From assembly GCF_032062105.1 (NCBI RefSeq), contig NW_026918070.1, forward strand, positions 62,001-126,000: a stretch of 64,000 nucleotides of DNA, in the 5' to 3' direction. Positions 36,101 to 48,000 of this stretch are shown here, piece after piece. Numbering within the stretch: the stretch's first letter is position 1; every line of letters begins with the position of its first letter. This stretch comes from Saccostrea cucullata (taxonomy: Eukaryota). Made by a program: the position numbers and the translations under genes. The notes under the pieces were generated by a model that saw only the letters and a program-made list of their open reading frames with translations, did no database searches and had not been told where the DNA came from.

Positions 36101-38659
36101 TATCCTGAAATTAATTCCTGACAAGCAGTCTTAATGTTTGCTATCTGAATTAAAAGCTACTGAGTGCCAATACATATCTACTCGTATATATTCATTACCT
36201 TTAAAACATGTCAGTAGATAATATTTCAGAATTTGTATTTCTGATAGTATTTGTGATTTTTGATACCATACTCTAAATAACGAAACAACAAAACTACGAT
36301 AATGAAAAGAAGGGGTTGAATAAACATCCCCCTCCCAAAAAAGTTTAGTATTTGAATTCGACTCTCGGGGAGGTTAAAATATATTGAACATAAAGTAAAA
36401 TAATCTATTCAGTACTAATTAATAATTAACAGAGCATCTGCTGATAAGGTTGGGGAAGTGACGAGCTGCAGTGATACTCAGATGGTAGAATTTGCCAACC
36501 ACGCCAAGACTGCTTTTGGTAATGTGTACAACTGGACGAGTGTCCAAGTCACCAACGTCGGGGCTCACATCGGTAAGATGCAAGATCGGGCTAAACGTTT
36601 ACCATCACACGTGTTTATTGAGCAAATTGTTTCAAAACATAAAATGAGATAACTCATAATGACATAAATTTATATTATTATTCCTTTATAGACTTGCCAA
36701 GTAAAAGTGTTTTCTTATCTACTTTTGTTGCACAAGCTATGCTAAATTGTTTTGTATTTTGCTTATAAATACATTTCTTTTGAAAAATTATTAAGGTTCA
36801 AGCAATTTTATATGAGTGAGCAGATGGTTTATGACCCGTAATATACGTTATGTTTTATTTGTTGCTAGGTGGCCTTATTAAAAATTATGTTTTATTTCGT
36901 CACTAGGTGGCCTCAGTAAGACGGAGATCGCCACGTTGACTGAGGCTCAGATTGATGAGATTTTAGCCTCTCACGTTACCCTTATTCCATCCTCAGTGTT
37001 TTCAGTGAGTGTGTTGTTAAATTACAGAGTAATATTATTAGATGTACTCATACAGAAAACTTTAAATTAATTGTTGAGAGAAGATTGCCTCTAAACTTTT
37101 AAAGATAATTTTTAGGTTTTAACAATCCATGAATAGTTGTCTCGATATATAAATCACCATTGTTTGATCAATGGCTTTCAATTCATCACTTTCAATTCAA
37201 ATAAAAACTAAGATACATTTTGTTGATCTAATCTTAACACATTTTCTGTGATGTTTCTAGGGTTTTACTGCTACTCAGCTGGGAAATTTCAGTCCAGCTC
37301 AAGCGCAAGCCACCACCACCACTCAAAGATCCACCCTGGATTCTTCACAAATGTCGGCTCTAGAGAGCGCTGCGGGCGTCAGTTTCTCCAGCTCCAGTGG
37401 AGGTATGAGTTATACTGCTGTACACATGGATTTCACAATTTACAGTTATAATCTCCATTGTCCTGAACATAGATAACGAGTTATACTGCTGTACACGTGG
37501 TTGTCACAATTAATAGTTATAATCTCCATTGTCCAGTACACAGATTAGGAGTTACACTGCTATGCACGTGGTTGTCACAATTTACAGTTATAATCTCCAT
37601 TGTACTGTACACACAGATTAGAAGTTATACTACTGTATTCGTGGTTGTCACAATTTAGAGTTATAATCTCCTTTGCCCGCAGATTAGGGGTTATACTGCT
37701 TACATGTGGTTGTCACAATTTACAGTTTTAACATAATCTCCATTGTCCACAGATAAGGAGTTATACTACTGTGCACGTGGTTATCACAATTTACAGCTAT
37801 AATCTCCATTTTACTGTACACAGATTAGGAGTTATACTACTGTACACATGGTTGTCACAATTTACAGTTATATAATCTCCATTGTCCAGTACACAGATTA
37901 GGAGTTATACCGCTGTACACGTTGTTGACACAATTTACAGTTATAATCTCCATTGTCCAGTACACGGATAAGGAGTTATACTGCTGTACACGTGATTGTC
38001 AAAATTTACATTTATAATCTCCATTGTTGTGTCCACAGATTAGGAGTTATAATACTGTACACGTGGTTATCACAATTTAGAGTTATGATCTCCATTTTAC
38101 TGTACACAGATTAGGAGTTATACTGCTGTACACGTTGTTGTCACAATTTACAGTTATAATCTCCATTGTCCAGTACACAGATAAGGAGTTATACTGCTGT
38201 ACACGTTGTTGTCACAATTTACAGTTATAATCTCCATTGTCCAGTACACAGATTAGGAGTTATACTGCTGTACACGTTGTTGTCACAATTTACAGTTATA
38301 ATCTCCATTTTACTGTACACAGATTAGGAGTTATAGTGCTGTACACGTTGTTGTCACAATTTACAGTTATAATCTCCATTGTCCAGTACACAGATGAGGA
38401 GTTATAGTGCTGTACACGTGATTGTCAAAATTTACATTTATAATCTCCATTGTCCAGTACACAGATTAGGAGTTATACTGCTGTACACGTGGTTGTCATT
38501 CTAGCCTATACTGTTTAACAATATATTCAATTCCAAATCTACATTCTATTCTTAGTACACTTAGTACAGTTTATTATTTTCTTTTTTTCAGTTGACCGCG
38601 CTGTTCAGATGTCATGGTTGGCTGTCTCTCTGTCCGTGCTCCTGGCCTTGTTTCTCTAG
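9070..38659 (+). CDS. Large GPI-anchored mesothelin/otoancorin/stereocilin-superfamily protein with six N-terminal tandem Cys-rich modules (about 46 coding exons, about 2,320-2,345 aa)
   Basis: Hand-spliced GT-AG exons with compatible phases and no internal stop: 9070-9106, 14784-14849; M1 15371-15535, 16254-16435, 16523-16657, 16760-16943; M2 17570-17734, 18968-19149, (19507-19581 damaged), 19672-19855; M3 20382-20546, 21051-21232, 21842-21976, 22079-22262; M4 22486-22650, 24026-24207, 24290-24424, 24527-24701; M5 24870-25031, 25577-25758, 25846-25980, 26080-26482; M6 26774-26944, 27053-27228, 27391-27525, 27632-27822; then 28185-28374, 28719-28834, 29501-29618, 29886-30059, 30667-30699, 30797-30976, 31104-31274, 31361-31549, 31688-31788, 32329-32455, 32870-33054, 33251-33335, 33532-33727, 33819-34000, 34196-34348, 35799-35935, 36433-36572, 36907-37004, 37261-37402, 38592-38659 (TAG). 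The C-terminal motifs VYGSPSTWSSSTIQSLG, LRSLGHMICAMS and AFGNVYNWTSVQVTNVG resemble mesothelin (YGPPSTWS) and otoancorin/stereocilin repeats. The protein ends SSSSGVDRAVQMSWLAVSLSVLLALFL, a GPI-type tail. Family assigned by motif recall, not by database search. Confidence 0.85.
10805..11160 (-). mobile_element. Penelope-like retroelement 3' fragment in intron 1
   Basis: Well-preserved copy of the conserved 3' block plus antisense of the RT C-terminus. Confidence 0.7.
12697..13712 (-). mobile_element. 5'-truncated CR1/L2-group LINE (ORF2 C-terminus plus 3' UTR), decayed
   Basis: ORFs 13391-13684 and 13106-13390 read LEYASLVWGG..LEKLQLCAARIVTG..GWEPLHERR..EEWNSLP..RLRHNC.LNSDLF..SPLCSCG.VEDTHHYF with an in-frame stop between them. 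The 3' tail ends ..acaataaaatatgttcaaatca. Confidence 0.85.
16965..17292 (+). mobile_element. Penelope-like 3' fragment in intron D1-A2
   Basis: gtaagttctatggtcgatgcaatgaccttgtc (KFYGR-type RT C-terminus) followed by a degenerate 3' block. Confidence 0.65.
21306..21824. mobile_element. PIF/Harbinger-type MITE with TTA TSD (decayed copy at about 19190-19480)
   Basis: TIRs tgccccttcacacggagag / ctctccatgtaaacagggca, with TTA on both sides. The empty site aaagttaactgacatttacag is visible in module 1 (16502-16522). Confidence 0.8.
22850..23158 (-). mobile_element. Full-length tRNA-derived SINE with a V-domain-like core
   Basis: A box ggcgcagtggt and B box ggttcgaatcc, core ggtccttcggatgagaccgtagaaaccgaggtcccgtg, and a perfect 14-bp TSD tgtagaatttgatc (22836-22849, 23159-23172). 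Confidence 0.88.
23366..23947. mobile_element. Non-autonomous DNA transposon (Kolobok-like termini) in intron A4-B4
   Basis: Imperfect TIRs aaagaactatatgcggta..gccccc / gggggc..taccgaataaagttcttt. Absent from the paralogous intron at about 20945 (acactaaatttgtttagaattac). Confidence 0.65.
33340..33462 (+). mobile_element. Short Penelope-like 3' terminal fragment in an intron
   Basis: acctctgatgttttggaggtccctgtttgctctg...tactgttcgttatctccata matches the family 3' end. Confidence 0.65.
37407..38497. repeat. 71-bp minisatellite (about 15 copies) filling the last intron
   Basis: Unit ggagttatactgctgtacacgtggttgtcacaatttacagttataatctccattgtccagtacacagatta. Period measured at 38114/38185/38256. 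Confidence 0.95.
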
Positions 38660-39034
38660 AAAGACATTAATTTAATGAATTCCAGTGTTAGATACCAGTG
38701 ATATTAAACACTTTGTTGTCGTTTCACTGCTCAGTATTAAACTGTTACTGTTGTTATATTTGTTGTTAAGATCTCCCCCGTGATGATGAGCATGCGTTAG
38801 TAGGATGGCTTGTGGATTAACTGCTGGCGGTTAGTACTAAATGAATACTGGCAACGCTCCGGAAGTGCCCAAGTATCTCACACATGCGATCATTTTTCTG
38901 AAAACTATTTTCTACTGTTTTAAATGTGATAACTGTTTGTTCTTAAAATTTTAGCATTGTTCAATTTTTATACTTTAACAGGTTACAGAATGAGATCAAT
39001 AATAATTTATGACTTTTGTAACCAATTTTTAAAA

Positions 39035-39049
39035 AATAAATTTAATAAA
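39035..39049 (+). terminator. Probable polyadenylation signals of the otoancorin-like gene
   Basis: Two AATAAA hexamers (39035, 39044) about 380 nt after the stop, followed by GT/T-rich sequence. Confidence 0.45.
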
Positions 39050-40544
39050 TGATCTTGTGTTTATTTTTTCTAATTTTGTTAATGATGCCGCAGCTTGAAA
39101 TAATTTTGCTGGATGGCGAGGAGTATATCCAACCAACATTAAAATCTAAATTAAAGGGTACTTTGAGAGAATGTAAAAGTTTTGCTTCAAATAACAAGAA
39201 GATATACCAAGAAGTTTCTAATGTGAGTTGTGAAAATTTATAGCTGACATGAGCCTATATGTGAGTTTTCTTCGAGTTTAAAGTCACCGCCTGTTTGACA
39301 TGTTAGCCATGCTTTTTTTCCTTTAGCTTTCTTAAAAACTATCCGATCAATTAGTATAAAATTTACCTTAAGGCATCAATAGTAAAATAAAGATCGCCTA
39401 CATAAAGAGTCAAGCTTCCTACAAATGGGGAATTTAAATATAAAATTAAGGTAAACATACATAAAAAGTTTACATATACAGACATTTCTATGCCGTGTTG
39501 ATGAAATTGTTACAAGTATATGTATCTACCATTCAAGTTACATGATTTATTGTGAGATAAGTTGATGATTCAATGATACCAACAGTCTCCTTTTTAAGTT
39601 TAAAAAAGAACAGTTCTAGGTAAATATACGAATATGCGTTGATTGATCCATATGGCCAATATTGGTTTCAGTCTTAAGGTAGTCATATCCTCAGGTTCAT
39701 AAAATTAGCAGTTAAGTAATCGAAAACACACATAAAAGATCTCTGAATCCATAAAGAATGTATATTTACCCACAGTATTTTTTTTTATGTTAAACATTTA
39801 AGTTAATCATATTATATAGCAAAAATTGTCAAATCTCCAATATATTTTCAGAAAAAGCGAAAAGGAATATCAGCTATGCATTTTCTAACTGAAAATGGAT
39901 CAACAAATATATTTTAGGTTAAAAAACAATAGGTATCCAGGCATTCAGAGAAATTGGCATGATTTTAAAAACCTATTTGGTATTCTATGTCTTCTATTTC
40001 GTTCATGTATTATATAATACGTATACATAGTGTATAAGTCTTCTGTTATCATTGTAAGACTTAACAAATGACTTCTAATTTCATATCATGCAAATAAGCG
40101 TTGGTATCTAAGGCTTGGTTCAAGAAAATCGTACTATTCTAAAAGTGTATTTATTTTTTTTTCCTTTTAAGGTCTTCAAATGTCAAATTTTTATAAGATC
40201 TTTTCTAAGACTTCCATAAACCTTGAATCATATAAAGATGAATAAAATGAAAATTGTTGCATGAAAAGATTTCATTTTCAAGCCTCATACTGGTGCTTTT
40301 TAAATCAAATGATGATTTATGGAGTTATCCTTCCTAGCTGAGGATTGGATACCATTATCCTTAAGAAAAAGCTTGTCGACATCTGTTCTGGTCGTTGACT
40401 TTAAGCAACATGCATGTAGTTTGTATGAGGTTCCAACTTGTATCTGGGTCATGGAAATGTAAAAGGAAACTTTAACTGACCTTATCACAAATTTTTATAA
40501 TCTGTAAACCTTCCTCCTGCATTTTTGGCATAAAAGGTCGTCAA

Positions 40545-41968
40545 TGCACATTTTCCCAAGGAATGAACTGCATATACTTTGCTATTTTTGTATTCATTTG
40601 AAGCAGAATTGGTCCAAAATCTTATATGTGAAAAGAAAACAAAACTCTCGCTCTATAGCCTTCAACTCGACATTTACATGTAGATATATCGACTTGTCAA
40701 TTCACAATGGTAATTTCAATTCTAATGTCGATACGATATATCCCGGTGAGCTTGAAGTAAAAGATACCACAGAGTCAAATACATCTGTTTCATATTTGGA
40801 TATTTTACTTGAAAAAGACGTTAATGGTAATCTATAACAACCGAGCTCTATGATAAACGCGATGACTTAACTTTTCACTTGTCAACTTCCCTTACTTTTG
40901 CAGCAATACACCTTAAAATTCATAATAAGGTGTTAATATCTCTGAGTTGTTTCGATAGCAAGAACATGCTCTACGTATGAACAATTTTTATAATGAGGTA
41001 AGTTTTTGAAAAACGAGTTGCTGCAACAAAAATAACAGTCTCGTTTAAAGTCACAATTTCTAGGTTCTATGGTCGATATCATGACCTTGTCAGCATATAC
41101 AATTTCTGATTAAGTCAAATGCTGACTGATGTTTTTCATACTTATTGTCTGGTCATTATTTACACACTAAATTGTCGACAAAATTTTCAAGTACATCCCT
41201 ATAATGACAAAGAGCACACGGCGGGTGTGACCAGTCGGCAGGGTATGCTCACTCCTCAATGACACCTAACCCCATTCGTTTAATCGACTTTTGAGTTTGA
41301 ATACTGTTTGTTATTTCCATATGTATCTCAAATATTTATTCTATATTTCAACACGCTATTTAGATAATCGACAACGCATTGTCAATTAACAATGGTAATT
41401 TCCATACTTATGTCGATACGATATATCCTGGTGAGCTTGAAATAAAAGATACCACAGAGTGAAACACACCTGTTTCATATTTGGATGTTTTACTTGAAAA
41501 GGACGTCAATAGTAATCTAACAACCGAGCTCTATGATAAACACGATGACTTAACTTTTCTATCGTCAACTTCCCTCACCTATGCAGCAATATACCTTCAT
41601 CACCTGCATACGGAGTTTATATTTCTCAGTTGTTTCGATACGCAAGAGCATGCTCTATGTATGAACAATTTCTAAACCCATTGTAAATTAATGACTAACA
41701 AGTTGATGAAACAAGAATATTAGCAGTTTTGTTTAAAGTCATCAATTCGTAAGTTCTATGGTCGATACAATAACCTTGTCAGCAAATACAATTTATCATT
41801 GTGTTAAATGCTAACTTACATTTTTCATACTAATTGTTAGTCTATTATTCATACACTGAATTGACGACGCATTTTTCCCAATCATGACAAAGAGCATACG
41901 GCGGGTGTCACCAGTCGGCAGGGGATGCTCACTCCTCCATGGCACCTGATCCCACTTCTGATATTTTG
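40545..41968 (+). mobile_element. Two head-to-tail decayed Penelope-like RT fragments, each with its 3' end
   Basis: Frameshifted RT C-terminal motifs: FNSTF.RYID, VDTIYPGELEVKDTTESNTSVSYLDILLEKD.NGNL, LYDKRDD, VNFPY.CSN.P, KFYGRY. No GIY-YIG follows the RT. Confidence 0.8.
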
Positions 41969-42579
41969 AGCTATGCTGAATACATTGTAAGAAGGCATAT
42001 GTCATGAATATAAACCAGTATGACAGAAGTAGGTTTGTGGATATTTTTGTAGGTTTTTTAAAACAAATTTTGACCCATGGACAAAGGTGTCCCTAAAAAA
42101 TGTTTAAAATTATTCCTTAAATCAAAATCTATCAATATTCAATTCAAGGGCAGGCCTGCCCTGAAGGACTTCTTTGCCAAATTTCATGCAAAAAATGGTG
42201 TAGGCAAAATGCTGTTTTGGTCCCTTTTGGAGGTTAATTTCAAAGTTTCAAATGATAATTTTTAGGATTCAAATGCTTTGTAAAATCTAGACACATTTAC
42301 AATGCAAAACAACTTACTATCATTGATTTTTTTAATATGACTTTTTCCGGAAAATGTATCTCTCCTACAGGTTAATTCTTTTGTAATTCTGAACACAGGC
42401 CTTGTTATATTGTATAAATCTATAAATCGTTATGTTGAATGTTGATTGACATGTTTCACATACTTAATTGTTAAGTTATCATTTTTACACTAAGTTGTCT
42501 ATAATTTTTACGTTGGCTGACGTCATCTAGTTTGTCTAATTAATCAATTATTATTGACAATTCAGCAGAGCATACAATG

Positions 42580-42960
42580 AAATATATGAAGATAAGGAAC
42601 AGTATTCCAGTTCAAAAGTCCATTCAAACGGTAAAAATTAGGAGCAAAGCAAACATGGACCTCCAAAACATCAGAGGTGGGACCAGGTTCCATTGTGGAG
42701 TAAACATGCCCTGCCAACCGGTCACATTCGATGTGTGTTCCAATCGGGAAAACATTAAAAATTGTGAACAATTCAGCGGGTAATTAAAGGCATAACAAAA
42801 ATAATGAAAAACATCAGACAGCATTTGAATTAATGCTAGATTTTATTTATTAACAAGGTCAATGTACCGACCATAGAGCTGATGATTTTTAACGACTGCT
42901 GATATTCATGTTTTATCTACATTTGTTAATAATTTACCTCATTTTAAGGTAGGTCCGTAC
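42580..42960 (-). mobile_element. Degenerate Penelope-like 3' fragment
   Basis: Diverged copy of the conserved 3' block. Confidence 0.55.
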
Positions 42961-43849
42961 TTTCAGAATTGTCTGTCAAACTGATAATTTTTCAATTTGA
43001 ATACCTTGAACAAGTCTTAAACTTACTAAAACACCCATAAAATACATATCTTTGCAGATTAATTTTCATACAACATGTCTCAGCACACATACCTCTAAAA
43101 ACTCAACAGCCAAAATTGAACATAAAAAAGTGTGATATCATATTTCTCTTATTTATGCACCAAATCACATCAAATTTATGTTAAAACTTATGAAGATCAA
43201 AAATATTCATTTGCCAAGAGAATATTTGGAGTCTTTACTGCAAAATATTAACAAATCGGTGTTGAATCTGTCCATGTCTTTCAGAAAAAAATCTCAAAAT
43301 ATCTGTATTTTTTATAATTCTTAAAATCCAGAATGTTTAGATGCCATTTTTTCTTTAAAACTATTAAGAATTATATCTAATGTTAACAAAAACAGCTACT
43401 TTATTATGGTTGACCAGAGAATTTTAACAAAACAGTCTTTTGAATACGTATACCCCCATTTTTGGAATATCAATTTTTTCAATTATTCAATGTAAAATTT
43501 TTAAATAATAAAAATAAAATGGATGATATAGGCTCTAAATCAATAAAAATTGGTCTCAGGTTAGTTTGCTTAAAAGAAAATTAAAAAGATTTAGGTCCAT
43601 TAAAGCAATTAAGAATTTTGTGTCTGTGTATGTACTAAATGACATATAGGTCTTATGGACAGAGTGCAAAGTGTTAATTTCCATAAATAATGTATATTAA
43701 ATGCTTCATATGTACAATAACACTATAATAAACAAATATTTACTTGCTAAATCATTTTCAATCACCCAAAAGATTCTTATCAATAGAAAAGTGAAAATCT
43801 TAATTTTATATTGATGTGTAAAATTAGAACCAGATCCGTAAAAGTGTTG

Positions 43850-44565
43850 GCCTTCCTTAAAACGTGCTGATACGTAAAACATTCTCTTGCATATGGATTC
43901 AAATGAAACAAAAACCCCATATGCAGGTGATGAAGGTATTGCTGCATAATTTAAGTTGGGGAAGTTGATGATTGGAAAGTTAAAGTCATCAAGTGTATCA
44001 AAAACCTTTGTAGTTATGATACAATTAAGGGTTTTTTTCAACGAAGGATATGGAGATAACGAACAGTATTCAATATCAAAGTCCATAAAACAATACAGAA
44101 TAGGATCGGAGCAAACACGGACCTCAAAAAACATCAGAGGTGGGATCAGGTCGTCAATTCAGTGCAATATTTATGGACTAACTAACAATAAGCATGAAAA
44201 ACGTCAGTCAGCATTTGATGACTCAATGATAACTTGTATTTGCTGACAAGGTCATTTTATCGACAATAGAACTTATAAAATGATGACTTTAAACGAGACT
44301 GCTAATATTCTTGTTTCATCAACTTGATTGTCAATAAGTTAATAATTTAGAAATTGTTTGTACATAGAGCATGCTCTTGCATATCAAATCAACTGAGATA
44401 TATAAACTGTGTATGCAGGTGTACTGTGTTGAAGGTATATTGCCGCATAAGTAAGGGAAGTTAACAATAGAAAAGATAGTCATAACATTTATCATAGAGT
44501 TTTGTTGCTGGATTACCATTAGGATCTTTTTCAAGTAAAATATCCAAATATGAAACAGTTGTTTC
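43850..44565 (-). mobile_element. Penelope-like RT/3' fragments
   Basis: ORF 43706-44134 contains DDFNFPIINFP..IPSSPAYGVFVS. ORF 44331-44567 contains SIVNFPYLCGNIPS. Confidence 0.75.
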
Positions 44566-45048
44566 AATAATTATTTGAAAACACTTCAACTAATCAAATA
44601 ACGTTTTTGTGTTCTAATTTAAAAAATGGATTTAATATGATTATCATATGAACTATAGGAAATCTTACATAACAAACAAGGAACTGTGTTTTAATGATTA
44701 TTTATTAATCAATTTATGAGACATTGTTTTATAAAAATTAAAACCACACCTTCCCATCCCATTTCAATCATATTCAGTGGTTTATTCTTCATGCGATAAA
44801 AGATAATAATAAACTGAAATCCTACAAAGACAACAATTTCTGAGAAAGTACCAAAATAAAAAAAATCCAAAAACTTTAGTTAGGAATTTTTTCCTATTAA
44901 AACATAACTAATCTGCAGAAAATGAAATTAAATCCTGATTAATCTCCTTTTTCTGTTCTGTGAAGTAATTTTTCTGAGGTACAAAACAATAAACAATTAT
45001 TACATCAACACTAACACTATTCAGAATTGGTGGCCATCTTTGTTTCTG

Positions 45049-48000
45049 CTAGGAGTAATCGTCTTCGTTGCTCTCTGGTTGCTGTGGCAGCTGAAGTTGC
45101 TGCTGTTGCAGAGCTTGCTGGGTCTGGAGCCATTGCTGTTGTTCCAGAAGAGCCTGTTCCTGTTTAGCCTGTAACCATGGCAATACATATATTGTGTTGT
45201 AACCATGGCAATACATATATTGTGTTGTAACCATGGCAATAAATATATTGTGTTGTCACCATGGTAATACTTTACATTTATTGACCGAGTTCAAGGGCAA
45301 CATGCGTTTTGTTGGACCAAAGAACCAAACTGTCTGCCTGACGCCGTTAGGCCAAAGGCAGACAGTTTGGTTCGAGGGTCTGGCAAAACGCATTTTGCCC
45401 GAGAACTCTGTCAATAAATGTTTTGTTATACCTTTCATTTTATTTTGTTTTTTTTTTTTGACATACATGTATTTTGTGCTGTATTGCATGATGTAACATC
45501 AGATCTGTCACTGTTTAACAACAACGAATGAAAATGAGATTAAGCTCTTCCCATTCTGTGACGTAAGCGGTCCAATATCTCTCTGAGCGGTCCAACATCT
45601 CATTCAGCGGTCCAACATCAATTTTTTTATGCCCGCTCAGCAAAACATTAAAAATGATATACTTTTTTTGGTATAGATTTGTATAGAAACAAATTTTTAA
45701 AGGTATAACAAACACATTGTGTTGTAACCATGGTAAAACATAAATTGTGTTGTAACCATGACTATATATATTGTGTTGGAACCATGGCAATACATATGTT
45801 GTGTTGTAACCATGGCAATACATATATTGTGTTGTAACCATGACAATACATATATTATGTTGTAACCATGGCAACACATATACTGTGTAGATCAAAGCTG
45901 ACTATCAATGTATCCATGACAACAAATATATTGTGTACATCAAAGCAGACTCTCAAATGTTTTACACTTACATGTGATACATTCTATCACATTACATGAT
46001 CATAAAATACATTCCTTATTTGGGATAACAACTATTAGCCTTGCATTTTTTCATGCTTTAAAGTAAGATATGTTTATAAGCTCTTCATACCTAGCCACAC
46101 ATTCCACCTCAAGAAACAATGCAGAGGAGTACTGTAGAAGCAGGAATATTTGTGGAGGATATAATTTCGTTATTTTCGTTGGCAGAATTAATCAACAAAA
46201 TTAAATCCATGACGAAATTTTAACCTAAGCATTCATAAATACTGGGTTGTATTTTATCTTTTTTATTCACACAAAAACTTTTACTGAAACGCAAAAGAAA
46301 CGCAATGTAATATGCATGGGGGTTGGACTTTAGAATTTTGCATATTAATTAATCACAGGCTGATGGTGGAGTGTTTGTAAGTGAAGTAAAGTAGCATCCA
46401 GTTGTAAATCTATAAGAAATGTTTTATTGTTGATGTTATTTCATTATCTTATTGTTTACTTGAATTATTGATGCAATACACATTGCACTTCGACATTGTA
46501 TTAATGTAAACAAATGCTGTTTTTGTGTTACTAGACGATCTAGCGAGATATTGTTGAACAGACAGTAAGGGACAGTGATACTGAGATGTTGTATGTCAGT
46601 TTTTCATCATTATCTACCATATTACGACTGCAATTTACTTACTTATTTCAGCATTATCACATGTGTTGTAAATTGGGCGCCTTCCATCTTTCTTACGAAG
46701 AAATTAGTCATGTGACATAAACATTGTTGTTTTACAATTGATAAGATCGAAATAACACTGTCCGTGTCCTCAAATATTCATAATTGATACTTAAATGTTA
46801 TTTTATTGCAGTATTGTCATTTAATTATGCTGTATTTGACGAAATGTTTTGGAACTTGAATGTGTAGCGTAATACTTATGTGTTTGCATTATTGTTCGGT
46901 ATTACTACGCCATGGATTGTGTGTGTCCGTTTTATTACAGATTGTTTGTTGAACTTGTTTTCTAATGTATATCGAATAGAATTTATAGCTCCCACTTTAC
47001 ATGTAGAAAGGACATTTTGAGCGATGTTATTTTCTTTGTATTACACAAAATGTATGTAAAGTAGTTCCGAGTTGCTCCAGAAAGGACAATTATTCATTGG
47101 TTGTTGTGATCACGTGACCATTTATGGAAGGTTATATATATGAGCAGCGAACGCCAGTTTCATTACGACGATCGTAACGATCAGATCATATTACGTCATC
47201 AACATCACTGACTGTAAATTACTAGTGACTTAGGTAAAAGAAAATAATGTAAACTAATACAAATTAAGTAGTGTATAATTTCTCCACCGCACGGACACCG
47301 CAATCCACTATATTTTATTAGGACAGAGATGTTAAGCTAGGACTTAGACTCATATAGATGTACTGACTGTTTTGTTATATTTCACTGAAGTCATTATTAA
47401 ATGAAATATTTGAAATGAGAAATGGAACTTGGTTATGATTTACAAGGATGTGAAGTAAATATTATAAAGGGTGTTTAAATACATGCGACGGGCTGAGGAT
47501 GCCCCCCCTTTTTATATGTGGACGGATGTCATGAGTAGTCCTGATAAAATTTAATTAATTTACACGGGATGGAAACATTGTAAGCTGATTGGCATTTGAC
47601 AGGGTGCTGAGGAAGCTTACAGCAACAACCTATTTTAGGGGGAAATAATTATGTAAAGTAAAGAATTTTGTATCTTAAAATTATGGATATCTTCAATTTG
47701 GTAAATATCGGTAATTTAAAGGTTGAATGATTTTCATACCATAGCTGGAAGTCAAGTTTGAGTCTGCTTAACAGAAAACAAATATTGCATGTTTAACAGA
47801 ACATTTGGCAATATTTTGGAGTTTTAAGGGTTTGTACTGTTCATCTTAAGTAATGCAGCAATATTTCAAGAAATAATATTTCAAGAAATAAGCCCCATGG
47901 GAATCCGGGTTAGAATAGGTCCTCAGTACCCCCTTGCTTGTCGTAAAAGGCGACTAAATGGGGCGGTCCTTCGCACGAGACCGTATAAACCAAGGCCCCG

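Noticed and set aside
37407-38497. CRISPR-like regular repeats (also 56640-59120)
   Set aside because: Head-to-tail units without unique spacers, eukaryotic context, no cas genes.
46500-47520. Possible solo-LTR-like segment (TATA-like box, splice-like motifs) inside the mariner-like element
   Set aside because: I could not define TG..CA ends with a TSD, and there is no coding support.
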